A DNA stretch of 62,952 nt, the filler included, from Octopus bimaculoides (taxonomy: Eukaryota): assembly GCF_001194135.2 (NCBI RefSeq). It is 5 parts of 5 records of this genome, joined end to end, with 100 filler letters (N's around TTAATTAATTAA, not from the genome) between each part and the next. Parts side by side here need not be neighbours in the genome. Positions count along the whole stretch, not along the records: positions 1 to 7,945 come from NC_068999.1; positions 8,046 to 17,548 come from NC_068989.1; 3 more parts are not named here. The stretch is one strand, 5' to 3'. The notes under the pieces were generated by a model. That model was not told the DNA's origin, ran no database searches, and saw only the letters and a program-made list of their open reading frames with translations. Numbering within the stretch: the first letter of the stretch is position 1; every line of letters starts with the position of its first letter. Below, in pieces: positions 1 to 11,984 of this stretch. The position numbers were made by a program, and so were the translations under genes.

Positions 1-461
1 ATATATACATATATACATATATATATATATGCATGTATATATACAGATCTATATATAATGTGTGTGTGTGTATGCATACATACATATAAAAACACATATT
101 CATGCGCTTTACTGTACAAACGACCTGCAAGCGCACTCAATACCTGATAAAAATCGGAACAGTAAGTTGAAGACTTCCCTATCCCTTAGTCTAATAGAAG
201 TACAGATACTGATTGTAGCACTTTTCCAGAATATTTTAGTGGTCGCTTCCCCGAATTCTGAAAGTGTAAATCATGTTCGGTATACTACTACTTTGGAGGG
301 GCATAATCTCATGAGCGGGCAAGTGGATTAATTTCAACAGTTGCAAGATTACTATTGAGGGTTGAGAAGTGAAGACGAATGCTTCACTTTTTGACGTTTG
401 ATGATAGAAGAGATAAAGTCCAATGACTGAAACAATTTGCAGGACAAATGTATGAGTAAAC

Positions 462-541
<80 letters not shown>

Positions 542-545
542 TATA

Positions 546-696
546 TTCTTTTCTACTCTAGGCACGAGGTTCGAAATATTTTGGGGGAGGGTGCCAGTCG
601 ATTAGTACTTAACTGGTACTTAATTCATCGACCCCGAAAGGATGAAAGGCAAAGTCGAACTTCGGCGGAATTTGAACTCAGAACGTAAAGACAGAC
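546..696 (-). mobile_element. SINE family A (tRNA-derived), 5'-truncated copy
   Basis: Reverse complement of the family core GTTCTGAGTTCAAATTCCGCCGAGGTCGACTTTGCCTTTCATCCTTTCGGGGTCGAT..AAGTACCAGT seen in many copies here; tail ends AGAGTAGAAAAGAAT. Confidence 0.85.
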
Positions 697-2653
697 ATAT
701 GTATATATTAGCACACGGCTATACATACAATAGCAGACAAACACATGTTCACTTACGTTACATATTTATATATACACTCGCCAATACAAACAAACATATT
801 TGTAGAGGTTTAAATTTACACATCGACACACCCAACCAAATAAACATTGTTATACAACCACACACGCACATGCACACATACACACGTGTATACATACATA
901 TATACATAATTATAGCTATATACGGATAAATATATATATATATATTTATATCTGTATAAGTATATATATATATATATATATATATATCTGCATATGTATG
1001 TATATGTTTATATATGTATATATATATAGATGTTTATACATGCATATATATATGCATATGTATGTATANNNNNNNNNNNNNNNNNNNNNNNNNNNNNNNN
1101 NNNNNNNNNNNNNNNNNNNNNNNNNNNNNNNNNNNNNNNNNNNNNNNNNNNNNNNNNNNNNNNNNNNNNNNNNNNNNNNNNNNNNNNNNNNNNNNNNNNN
1201 NNNNNNNNNNNNNNNNNNNNNNNNNNNNNNNNNNNNNNNNNNNNNNNNNNNNNNNNNNNNNNNNNNNNNNNNNNNNNNNNNNNNNNNNNNNNNNNNNNNN
1301 NNNNNNNNNNNNNNNNNNNNNNNNNNNNNNNNNNNNNNNNNNNNNNNNNNNNNNNNNNNNNNNNNNNNNNNNNNNNNNNNNNNNNNCATATATGTATACA
1401 CATACACACACATACACACATGTCTCTATACACTGACATATGCGCAAAGGCATTAATTTGAAAAGACACATGTTCCCAATTATACAAACAGAAGCCAATA
1501 TATACATCATCTACACCCGTGCATTGCAGCAGCACCACTGCCGTGTAGAGATTCCTACACCCGGCCGCACTCATCTTGCATCAACACACATCGAAGTACA
1601 TACGAATCTTGACACATGCATTTCTATCGACAGAATTTTCCATGTCAATAAAGTAATTGATACACACATCAACACATATTATGTACATGCCAACACACAC
1701 ACACACACACACACAGACACACATGTTTGGGTAGAAGTAGATGCAAAAATATATATATATATATATACACGCATTTGCTGATATATATATAGATATACTG
1801 ACATAGGAAATACATGTAAGGAGTAGGTGTTTATTTGTAAGAATAACATTAACCACAAACTGGGATCATGTGCTCAGAACTGGTTGCTTACGTAGCAGAG
1901 TTGTGTCATTCAGTTATATAATAAAGTCGTAGCTTTAACTAAAACAACCAGAAATGGCCGTCTGGGAATTACACATTTTACCATAAGTGGGAATGTTTTT
2001 CTTTGCCGTAACTGCAGTGAATTTTCCTTTCGAAGTTAAAATATGCCACAAACATATTTTAATTAACCTAAACTTTGCTTATTCCTAATCAATGCATGGT
2101 GTTGATGTTCTTATATTCATCCCGACCAGGCGGTCGAATAGCATAGCTTAGTCACTGATTCTTTAATTCTTTTATTCTGGTGGGGGCAGAAGCAATAACA
2201 GGTGGGAAATAGGAATTGAATAAAATTAAAGAAATAATTATAATTAAGAGAAAAAGAGAGGGAGAGAAATGAAATAAACGAAACGACAACAGAAATAGTA
2301 AACCGAATTATCTCTTAATGTGAATAGAATTAAAACGGAAAACAAATAATATTTAATAACAGGTAATGGGTAATTAAATAATAAGTTGAGGGAGTCGAAC
2401 TGTAAATGAGTGAAATTGTAAACAAGTCCCACAGAATAAAGGAATCGAATGAAGGAATGAAATGTGCTTCTAAGTCCGGGATTGAAAAGTTCGAATGAAG
2501 ATAGAGAGAGAGAGATGGAGAGAGGGGGAGTGAGAAAGAGAGACGGAGAGAGAGAAAGAGAGAGAGAAAAGTAATTTGTTTGCTAATTAAATATAGGTAG
2601 TATGATAAGGATAATTATGAACGTGAGCGATGAAATAATATGCATGTATATAC

Positions 2654-2698
<45 letters not shown>

Positions 2699-2740
2699 NN
2701 NNNNNNNNTATGTATATATATATATACATATATATACACG

Positions 2741-2787
<47 letters not shown>

Positions 2788-3053
2788 ATGCACACATACG
2801 CACACATACACACTAGCGTAGTACGTGTTAAAAACGACGGGATGTACTTCCACCGTTTTCCTGTTGCTGTTAATAAGGAATTCAAATCAGAATATATTTT
2901 CACTGTAAAGAGTCAGTTCACCTGTTTGTCAATAAATTTAATTTATGCCATTAACGGATAAGTAACAAAGATTAAATGGAACAAATTAAATTTATCATGA
3001 GAAAGAGATTCACTGTTCATAAACGACAAATACGTGAACGTAATAGCAGACAG

Positions 3054-3133
3054 ATTCCCATAAGTGAACATTCCCATAAGTGAACATTCCCATAAGTGAA
3101 CATTCCCATAAGTGAACATTCTCATAAGTGAAC
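3054..3133. repeat. Minisatellite, 5 x 16-bp ATTCCCATAAGTGAAC
   Basis: Four exact units and one with a single substitution (ATTCTCATAAGTGAAC), head-to-tail, no spacers. Confidence 0.95.
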
Positions 3134-4502
3134 CAGTTCTATTATTGGTTATACTTCGAGATGGTCATATTTTTGCCAATTAAACACACGCACTGTGTAT
3201 TTTGCTGTTTGTCTATCTGTCTATTTGTCTGTCTGCTTATCTATATAACTATAATCTCTCTATCTTTCTATCTTTCGACACAACTCTCATCTCCTTCCTT
3301 CCTTCCTTCCTTCCTTCCTTCCTTCCTTCCTTCCTTCAGTCTGAACCAAAAATATACAGGGAAGAATACATTTATTATTTAAAACAGATAAATGGTTGTC
3401 TACGAATGAAACCCTCTTCNNNNNNNNNNNNNNNNNNNNNNNNNNNNNNNNNNNNNNNNNNNNNNNNNNNNNNNNNNNNNNNNNNNNNNNNNNNNNNNNN
3501 NNNNNNNNNNNNNNNNNNNNNNNNNNNNNNNNNNNNNNNNNNNNNNNNNNNNNNNNNNNNNNNNNNNNNNNNNNNNNNNNNNNNNNNNNNNNNNNNNNNN
3601 NNNNNNNNNNNNNNNNNNNNNNNNNNNNNNNNNNNNNNNNNNNNNNNNNNNNNNNNNNNNNNNNNNNNNNNNNNNNNNNNNNNNNNNNNNNNNNNNNNNN
3701 NNNNNNNNNNNNNNNNNNNNNNNNNNNNNNNNNNNNNNNNNNNNNNNNNNNNNNNNNNNNNNNNNNNNNNNNNNNNNNNNNNNNNNNNNNNNNNNNNNNN
3801 NNNNNNNNNNNNNNNNNNNNNNNNNNNNNNNNNNNNNNNNNNNNNNNNNNNNNNNNNNNNNNNNNNNNNNNNNNNNNNNNNNNNNNNNNNNNNNNNNNNN
3901 NNAATATCTGCTTCGTCCTATATTTTTTTCTTCCTGGCAGAAATACGTTGCTGCCAACAAGCCCAAGCAGCCTCCAACTATTTCTCAATTAACATTGCAC
4001 TGTAAAAATATCTCACAAAACCCGCCTCAAATATTTCCTTGTCATCATTCCTTATTATTAGGTGCGGATGTGCAACATTTCTGGGTTTCATTTTGCTTTT
4101 TTATTCGACTCTATTTGCTGTGAATTTTACGAATAACTCTTTTAAAATTTGTTTTTTAAAGGACGTATATCCATTCTAGAATGGTGTCATACTGTCTTGG
4201 AGAGAATAATACAATGGAAAGTTCTGAATTCTTAGAGTCTAAGATATTTTGTGAAGTCGGAAGACGAGGCTTACGAAATCCTACATCGACCCACTTGTAG
4301 CCGTTTTCCTTAAATTAGTCGGTTGAGCAGAAATGAATATCACAACAACCAATTTCTCTTCAACCATAAAGAGTTGTCAAAAATCAAATGAATAAATCAA
4401 GATAGAAAGAAAGAAAGAAGAAAAGTAAGAAGGACAGAAAGAATAAGAATAAAAGAAAAAAAATTCGGAGTAATTTCGTTCGTTCAATTTTGAAAGAGTA
4501 AA

Positions 4503-5079
4503 GCGGCGAGCTGGCAGAAACGTTAGCACACCGGATGAAATGCTTAGCGGTATTTCGTTCGGTCTTTACGTTCTGGTTTCAAATTCCGCCGAGGTTGACT
4601 TTGCCTTTCATCCGTTCGGGGTCGATAAATTAAGTACCGATTGCGTACTGGGGTCGATCTAATCAACTGGACCCCTCACCTAGGGCTAAACATCAACTGC
4701 AACTACGAAACTNNNNNNNNNNTGGTTTCAAATTCCGCCGAGGTCGACTTTGCCTTTCATCCTTCCGGGGTCGATAAATTAAGTACCAGTTACGCACTGG
4801 GGTCGATATAATCGACTTAATCCGTTTGTCTGTCCTTGTTTGTCCCCTCTGTGTGTAGCCCCTTGTGGGCAATAAAGAAATAAGAAACGTTAGCACACCG
4901 GATGAAATGCTTAGCGGTATTTCGTTCGGTCTTTACGTTCTGGTTTCAAATTCCGCCGAGGTTGACTTTGCCTTTCATCCGTTCGGGGTCGATAAATTAA
5001 GTACCGATTGCGTACTGGGGTCGATCTAATCAACTGGACCCCTCACCTAGGGCTAAACATCAACTGCAACTACGAAACT
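4503..5079 (+). mobile_element. SINE family A cluster (three pieces around a 10-N gap)
   Basis: Head GGCGAGCTGGCAGAAACGTTAGCAC, B-box-like GGTTTCAAATTCC and the family core. 4516-4712 is identical to 4883-5079. Confidence 0.9.
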
Positions 5080-5301
5080 TGAATTAGCAACAGCAACAAC
5101 TGTAACGATTGCAATACCATCAACAACCACATCAACAACATCATTATTACAGCTACAACACCTACTACTACTTCAACAGTAGCAGTAAAAGCAACAGCAA
5201 CAACAGCAGTAACAACAACAACAATAATCGTAACAACAGCAGCAGCAGCAGCAACAGCAGCGGCAACCGCAGCAGCAGGTTTCTGCTTGTAAAACTGTCA
5301 G

Positions 5302-5335
5302 TAATGGCAAGAGTTGTGACATTAACTGGACTCTG
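5302..5335 (+). CDS. Weak candidate coding exon (xNGKSCDINWTL)
   Basis: ctgtcAG acceptor, strong CTG|GTGAGT donor, open frame ending in phase 0, compatible with the 23203 exon. Pyrimidine tract is mediocre. Confidence 0.2.
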
Positions 5336-6262
5336 GTGAGTCAGATGGTTTAGACACTTGGCTATGATTGGTTGTTGTAGAAGGGACAGAGGGGATAATA
5401 GGGGACATTAGTGGGTTCTAGGGATAATAAGGGATAATGGGAAGTGAGTGAAAGAGAGAGAGAGAGAGAGGGAGAGAGAGGGAGAGAGAGGGAGAGAGAT
5501 GGCTTATTGTATGGTTGTGAATAGAAAAAGAAGGGAGAAATAAAGTAGGTGGAAGGGGTTTTTTTAAAAAGGGTTTAAGGTTCAGAAAGGATCGGTGGGT
5601 GGGGAGAGGATGGGGAGAGAAAGAAGAAAATGAGGAAGAAGGGAGAGAAGAGAGGAACAAATGATGAGTAAGAAAATAGGGGGAAGGAAAAAAGAGGGGC
5701 GAGTCGTCAGTGTGTGCGTATGTGTATGCATGTGTATGTATATGTGTATGCATGTGTATGTGTATGTGTATGCATGTGTATGTGTGCATGTCTGTGAAAG
5801 CGAGACAAGGAGACAGAAAGCAGCACACACAAAGGCGTACATTCATTCATTCATTCATTCATTCATACGTGTGTGTGTGTGTGATCAAATTATGATTGGT
5901 GTGACATGTAATTAGGTGAAACGGAATACTCGATACCGTTTGGAGTGGAATAACATTTATTTTAAGTTGAGTCTAATGAAATCACTACTCGGAGTATCCT
6001 GATCTCCCACCTCTTTCATTTCTCGGTCTCTCTCTCCCTCTCTCTCTTTCTCTCTCTGTGTCTGTCTGTCTGTCTCTGTTATTGACATGCCATCAACAAT
6101 TAGCAACCAATAAAATCGAAAATGAAGATATTGCACATAATATAGAAAAAGAAGAGGAGGAGGAGACGAAGTTAGGTTGAAAGAGAGAGACTTGGGGAAG
6201 AGAGAGAGAGGGGGGAAGGGGAGAGCAGAAATAAGAAAAGGAGAGAGAGCAGAGACGACAGG

Positions 6263-6316
<54 letters not shown>

Positions 6317-6405
6317 GGAGGTTGGTAAATAAATAGGAGAGAGAAAGAGATAGAGAGAGGGAGAAGAGAGCAGCAGTCAAAACAGAGAGGAAGGTATTGC
6401 GTCTA

Positions 6406-7090
6406 TCACGTGACTTCCCTGTTCATTTAAGCATTATAAATATGTAGGAATAAAAATTTGAAAAAAATTAAAATAGAAATAAAACTGAAAACAAAAAGGA
6501 AATAAAACAAGAATGTTTTGAAATTTCGTAAAATATTCTTAAAAAAAAAAAAACCACTATATTATGAAAAAACGAGAAATCGGTTTCTATCGAGGTTTGA
6601 ACCCTTGCCCAATGAGCCATCAACATATTTTAATCGCAACCAATGAGACACAACAGGTGGTTTTGTTTAACAAACAAACAACCAAGGGAAGATGCACCAA
6701 AATGGCCCCTGTTACTGCTTGAATTTGCAGTCGAACACTCTCTGTCGCCTTAAAAAAAAAGGAAACAGATATTGTGTAATGTTGCTCTAGATTATAATAT
6801 ACAAAATGGCAAGATGGTCAAGATTGGAACGCTTAGATCAAAGGCCAGCTCGTACTCAATCTGTGCTGGCCTGGAGTTAAATGAAATCCAGTTAAGCAAA
6901 GCAAACAAGACGCCATTGAAATGAATGTGAAGCGCCATCTCACGGCCGCCCATTGCTTGTTTCAGCTGCGCATGTCTGTTTGTAGTGTGGAGTGTTTAGT
7001 GGAGTGGGTGGATGGATGGATGGATGGTAGAGGGCGCTAGTGGATGACGCCATTACTCAATAATAACCTTTACGGTCACTAACCAATCAA
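6406..7090. promoter_or_regulatory. Possible regulatory cluster (E-box, CCAAT boxes, CTCF/YY1-like motifs)
   Basis: TCACGTGAC at 6406; CCAATGAG at 6609 and 6640; AACCAATCA at 7081; GCCGTGAGATGGCGCT (-, 6931-6946); TAGAGGGCGCTAGTGG (+, 7028-7043). Motif match only. Confidence 0.25.
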
Positions 7091-7291
7091 TAAGAGGATT
7101 TTCGAAAAATATGATGACTCATGGGTAATCACGTTCTATGCCGCCGCCGCCGCCGCCGCCAAAATCAGGAACGACAACAGCAACAACGACATCATTACAA
7201 TGTCAACTGCCACAGCACAAACATTACTCCATCAAATGTATTAGCGAAACTATCAACACCTCCATCTACACGCATATGTATACGCATATAT

Positions 7292-7333
<42 letters not shown>

Positions 7334-7537
7334 ACTATATGTATGCATGTGTTTATGAATATATACGTGCGTGTATGTATTTATGTATACGTATACAAAT
7401 GTTTGTGTGTGGGTGTATGTATTATATATATATATATATTTATATTCATAATGTATAAATAGATCTTTATATACGTAAGTATATACGTACGTTTGTCTAT
7501 ATGTGTATATATATATATGTATACACACATCTGCATG

Positions 7538-7572
<35 letters not shown>

Positions 7573-7945
7573 GCATATATACATATATATACATATAGAC
7601 ACACATACATCTGCATACACACACATACACACACACGCATATATATATACACATACAAGTGCATTTTCAGCACTTTGGATAGCTCCCTCACCAAGACTAT
7701 CTCCTCTTCCTCTTCCCATCCCCCTCCCCCTCTTCATCACCTAAACATGTCGACTTCGTCTAAAGTTCGTTAAACTACTACCGCAACACCTAAACACTAT
7801 CCCTCATCTGAACACCACCCATGCATCACCGAAACCATTCCGCACCGCCTATACACCAGACAGCAATGTAAAGACCGTCATCACCTGAGAACCATGAAAC
7901 CACCTCAACGCTACGTGAACGCCATCTAAACATCATCTAAACACC

Positions 7946-8045
7946 NNNNNNNNNNNNNNNNNNNNNNNNNNNNNNNNNNNNNNNNNNNNTTAATTAATTA
8001 ANNNNNNNNNNNNNNNNNNNNNNNNNNNNNNNNNNNNNNNNNNNN
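7946..8045. other. Assembly gap spacer N44-TTAATTAATTAA-N44
   Basis: Exactly 100 nt; the same construct occurs at 17549-17648, 44953-45052 and 60221-60320. The 12-mer puts stops in all six frames. Confidence 0.95.
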
Positions 8046-8047
8046 AA

Positions 8048-8280
8048 AGGCGGTGAGCTGGCAGAAACGTTAGCACGCTGGGCGAAATGCTTAGCGGTAT
8101 TTCGTCTGCCGTTACGTTCTGTGTTCAAATTCCGCCGAGGTCGACTTTGCCTTTCATCCTTTCGGGGTCGATAAATTAAGTACCAGTTACGCACTGGGGT
8201 CGATGTAATCGACTTAATCCCTTTGTCTGTCCTTGTTTGTCCCCTCTATGTTTAGCCCCTTGTGGGCAATAAAAAAAAAA
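8048..8280 (+). mobile_element. SINE family A, full length
   Basis: Head, core, GTTTGTCCCCTCT..AGCCCCTTGTGGGC tail and A-rich end. Confidence 0.9.
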
Positions 8281-8409
8281 TAATAAAAATAAGAATAGAA
8301 GAGGGAGTGAGAGAGCAGAGAAGAAGATAGAGAGAGAGAGAAGAGTGACGGAGAGAGACAAGAGAAAGAGAGGGAGAAGAGGGAGGTAGAGAGAGAACAG
8401 AGAGAGACA

Positions 8410-8515
8410 TAGTGGTCAGGAGTTTTGCACACGTGATCGTTGTTTCGATTTCTGGACAGGGCGCTGCGTTGTGCTCTTCAGCGAAACACTTCATTTCACG
8501 TAGCTCTAGTATCTC
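8410..8515 (+). mobile_element. SINE family C 5' part (tRNA head plus CORE-like segment)
   Basis: B-box-like GTTTCGATTTC, then GCGTTGTGCTCTTCAGCGAAACACTTCATTTCACG; related to 29470-29770 and 50030-50212. Confidence 0.6.
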
Positions 8516-8519
8516 TGTT

Positions 8520-8725
8520 ACTCTGTTACGTGTTTCAGCTCAGTCATTAGACCACGGCCATGCTGGAGCACCGATTTAACGAGTTTTAGTCGAACAAATC
8601 GACCCCAGGACTTATTCTTTGTAAGCCTAGTACTTACTCTATCGGTTCTTTTGCCGAAACGATTGTCTACGGGGACGTAAACACACTAACATCGGTTGTC
8701 ACGTGAGGGTGGAAGGACAAACACA
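8520..8725 (-). mobile_element. SINE family B 3' half
   Basis: GGCCATGCTGGAGCACC..TTTAGTCGAACAAATCGACCCCAGG..TTTTGCCGAA..ACGGGGACGTAAACAC, shared with 22282-22454 and 28207-28385. Confidence 0.8.
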
Positions 8726-8753
8726 CACATACACAAATGTATANNNNNNNNNN

Positions 8754-8787
<34 letters not shown>

Positions 8788-8997
8788 GATGTTTCACCTG
8801 GGATCAAATTCGCTCGTGGGTAAATTTTCAGTGAGCCCAATTAGCTTATATTTTACAAAAGCATCATGGGAAGCCTAACTTAAAATTAAATTTGTCAAAA
8901 GAAACTGACAGATCCATTACATCACTAATTAGGTAGTCATAATTAATTAACAAACACAGACCTTTCTCTCTCCTTCTCTTCCTCTCTCAATTCGTTC

Positions 8998-9061
<64 letters not shown>

Positions 9062-9287
9062 TACACACACATGCATACACAGACACATGTATTATGTTTG
9101 TGTCTGCGTGCGTGTAGTACTTATTCGGGAGGTAATTTGATATACATGCATTCGGCGGGTATAGGATGTAATTGGGATTAGTAGTTGCAGAGACCCCCTG
9201 CTGCAATCAGTGAGAATGAATACGTAGACCTTTGAGAATACTTAGTTACACACAGACACAAACATACAGACAGACACACACACATTC

Positions 9288-9325
<38 letters not shown>

Positions 9326-9658
9326 NNNNNNNNNNNNNNNNNNNNNNNNNNNNNNNNNNNNNNNNNNNNNNNNNNNNNNNNNNNNNNNNNNNNNNNNNNN
9401 NNNNNNNNNNNNNNNNNNNNNNNNNNNNNNNNNNNNNNNNNNNNNNNNNNNNNNNNNNNNNNNNNNNNNNNNNNNNNNNNNNNNNNNNNNNNNNNNNNNN
9501 NNNNNNNNNNNNNNNNNNNNNNNNNNNNNNNNNNNNNNNNNNNNNNNNNNNNNNNNNNNNNNNNNNNNNNNNNNNNNNNNNNNNNNNNNNNNNNNNNNNN
9601 NNNNNNNNNNNNNTCCTTGTTTGTCCCCTCTATGTTTAGCCCCTTGTGGGCAATAAGG

Positions 9659-9723
<65 letters not shown>

Positions 9724-11370
9724 TGTATATGTTCAATATACATATATGTATGTGTGTGTGCTGTAATTAATGTAACAAATGCATAAAAGTATTACTATTT
9801 AACTTCTCTTCCTACACATACACAAACTCACACACACACGCACACGCACGCGCACACATGCATTCATATATGTATAGATGTTTGGAGATATGGTAGATTC
9901 TAAAACGGAATGGAAACTGATTAATTAATGATATAATAATAAATCTGGCTGTGTCTTCGGACTACATTAATTCTAACTTTTAGTCCACACATCCTTTATA
10001 TATAATATACAGAATATAATATATAATATGCATGTGTAATTATATGTGTGTGTATGTAAAAGGGGATATGTGAAAATGTGTGTATATGTGTGTGTGTTTG
10101 CGTGTGTGTGCGTGTGCGCGCGCAATGGAAGTAGGATGGTTCATCCTTTTTCGCTTAGTATTTGGGTTTATATTTTGATTTGGTTGAATCTTGGGTGCTT
10201 TTTTTTTTGTTGGTAAGTTATTTTTAGTGTTTTGACAGAAAAAAGTCATTCTAAAATTGTTTTTTTAACGTAAGCGTGCCCAAACAAGTTGAATGCTTAC
10301 ACAGGGCAGGTTTTACAGCCACATCATCCAAACCGACCGGCTGAAACCAGGCTTAGCTACTAGTATATATATNNNNNNNNNNNNNNNNNNNNNNNNNNNN
10401 NNNNNNNNNNNNNNNNNNNNNNNNNNNNNNNNNNNNNNNNNNNNNNNNNNNNNNNNNNNNNNNNNNNNNNNNNNNNNNNNNNNNNNNNNNNNNNNNNNNN
10501 NNNNNNNNNNNNNNNNNNNNNNNNNNNNNNNNNNNNNNNNNNNNNNNNNNNNNNNNNNNNNNNNNNNNNNNNNNNNNNNNNNNNNNNNNNNNNNNNNNNN
10601 NNNNNNNNNNNNNNNNNNNNNNNNNNNNNNNNNNNNNNNNNNNNNNNNNNNNNNNNNNNNNNNNNNNNNNNNNNNNNNNNNNNNNNNNNNNNNNNNNNNN
10701 NNNNNNNNNNNNNNNNNNNNNNNNNNNNNNNNNNNNNNNNNNNNNNNNNNNNNNNNNNNNNNNNNNNNNNNNNNNNNNNNNNNNNNNNNNNNNNNNNNNN
10801 NNNNNNNNNNNNNNNNNNNNNNNNNNNNNNNNNNNNNNNNNNNNNNNNNNNNNNNNNNNNNNNNNNNNNNNNNNNNNNNNNNNNNNNNNNNNNNNNNNNN
10901 NNNNNNNNNNNNNNNNNNNNNNNNNNNNNNNNNNNNNNNNNNNNNNNNNNNNNNNNNNNNNNNNNNNNNNNNNNNNNNNNNNNNNNNNNNNNNNNNNNNN
11001 NNTATATATATATATATATATCTGTCACCACGATTGGCCGATAACTCCAAAAGAGCGCAGGCTCGAAACGTAAAAGACTTCTCACTTTCCCCAGCGTCAA
11101 ACTAATACATCTGCTTGTTTTTTTTTTCTCTGTAAATTTCAACTGTACATATATATGTATGTATGAGAGGTATTGGTATCCAGAAGACCCAAGGTGGCAG
11201 GTAAGGCTATGTAAGTGCTACGGGAGGACCGTAGTTAGAGTCTCGGTTCAATAATAATACGAGTGAGGAGTTTAATGCGGGTCTTGGGTGAGCATGTATA
11301 TGTTAAATGAAATGAGACAACAAAACCAAGGCTGTATGGAATTTATAGGATATATATAAAGAGAAAGGTA

Positions 11371-11418
11371 GTCTTACAGCTGTGTCTGGGATATTAGGGA
11401 TATCCTTTCATCAGAGAC
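11371..11418 (-). ncRNA. Type-I hammerhead ribozyme, mutated copy (GAAA to GACA, A14C)
   Basis: Minus strand: GTCT CTGATGA AAGGATATCCCTAATATCCCA GACA CAGCTG TA AGAC. Confidence 0.65.
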
Positions 11419-11792
11419 GATATAAGAGAGAGTTAACAAGGGGGAAATAGTAGAGTTCAATACGAAGAGTTATTTTGGAAAAGGATGGACATAGGAAGTA
11501 TAGAGGGAAATAAGAGAATAAAAGTAAAAATAAAAGTAAAAATATATGTTGGATGTTATAATTGCAGTTCCATTAGCCAAGGAAAGTGCTAAAGATAGAA
11601 ATACTTCTTGTCCATGTTCATATTTTGTTATTACGAATGGATAGTGTGGAGACAGAAATTCCATGTCCTCTTGATTTACTTTTATCTTTATTCTCTTATT
11701 TACCTTTATACTTCCTATACCCACCCATCTTTTTCCAGAATAACTCCTTATATTGAACTCTACTATTTCTCTCTATTTAACTTTCTCATATC

Positions 11793-11840
11793 GTCTCTGA
11801 TGAAGGGTTAACCCTAATATCCCTGAAACAGCTGTAAGAC
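11793..11840 (+). ncRNA. Type-I hammerhead ribozyme, intact core
   Basis: GTCT CTGATGA AGGG-TTAACCCTAATAT-CCCT GAAA CAGCTG TA AGAC. Stem I GTCT/AGAC, stem II AGGG/CCCT, palindromic stem III ACAGCTGT, GUA cleavage after 11836. Confidence 0.85.
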
Positions 11841-11906
11841 TACCTTTCTCTTTATAAATGTCCTACAAATTCCACACAGCCTTCGTTTTGTTGTCTCATT
11901 TTATTC

Positions 11907-11947
<41 letters not shown>

Positions 11948-11948
11948 C

Positions 11949-11982
<34 letters not shown>

Positions 11983-11984
<2 letters not shown>

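Larger units (their letters stand above)
11301..11910. mobile_element. Penelope-like inverted terminal (pLTR-type) repeats, arms ~11301-11540 and ~11674-11910
   Basis: The arms are reverse complements over ~235 bp, each with a hammerhead motif. The spacer (11555-11620) is similar to 12083-12140, the end of the neighbouring endonuclease relic. Confidence 0.8.

Noticed and set aside
946-1574. Long ORFs containing X runs or HT/CV/YI/LSIY repeats (here and throughout)
   Set aside because: Artefacts of N gaps and dinucleotide or tetranucleotide repeats.
2825-2915. GMYFHRFP resembling a THAP motif; open frames on both strands
   Set aside because: No flanking Cys or Trp residues and no convincing splice sites.
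3054-3133. CRISPR-like periodicity (also the SINE stack at 23419-24372)
   Set aside because: No unique spacers, no cas genes, eukaryotic context.
3941-4005. Strong acceptor followed by open frames
   Set aside because: All three frames are open and there is no good donor; cannot choose a frame.
11044-11080. Half-hammerhead GAGC-GCAG-GCTC GAAA CG TA
   Set aside because: The upstream CTGANGA is absent (CTCCAAAA) and no stem I forms; at best a remote relic.
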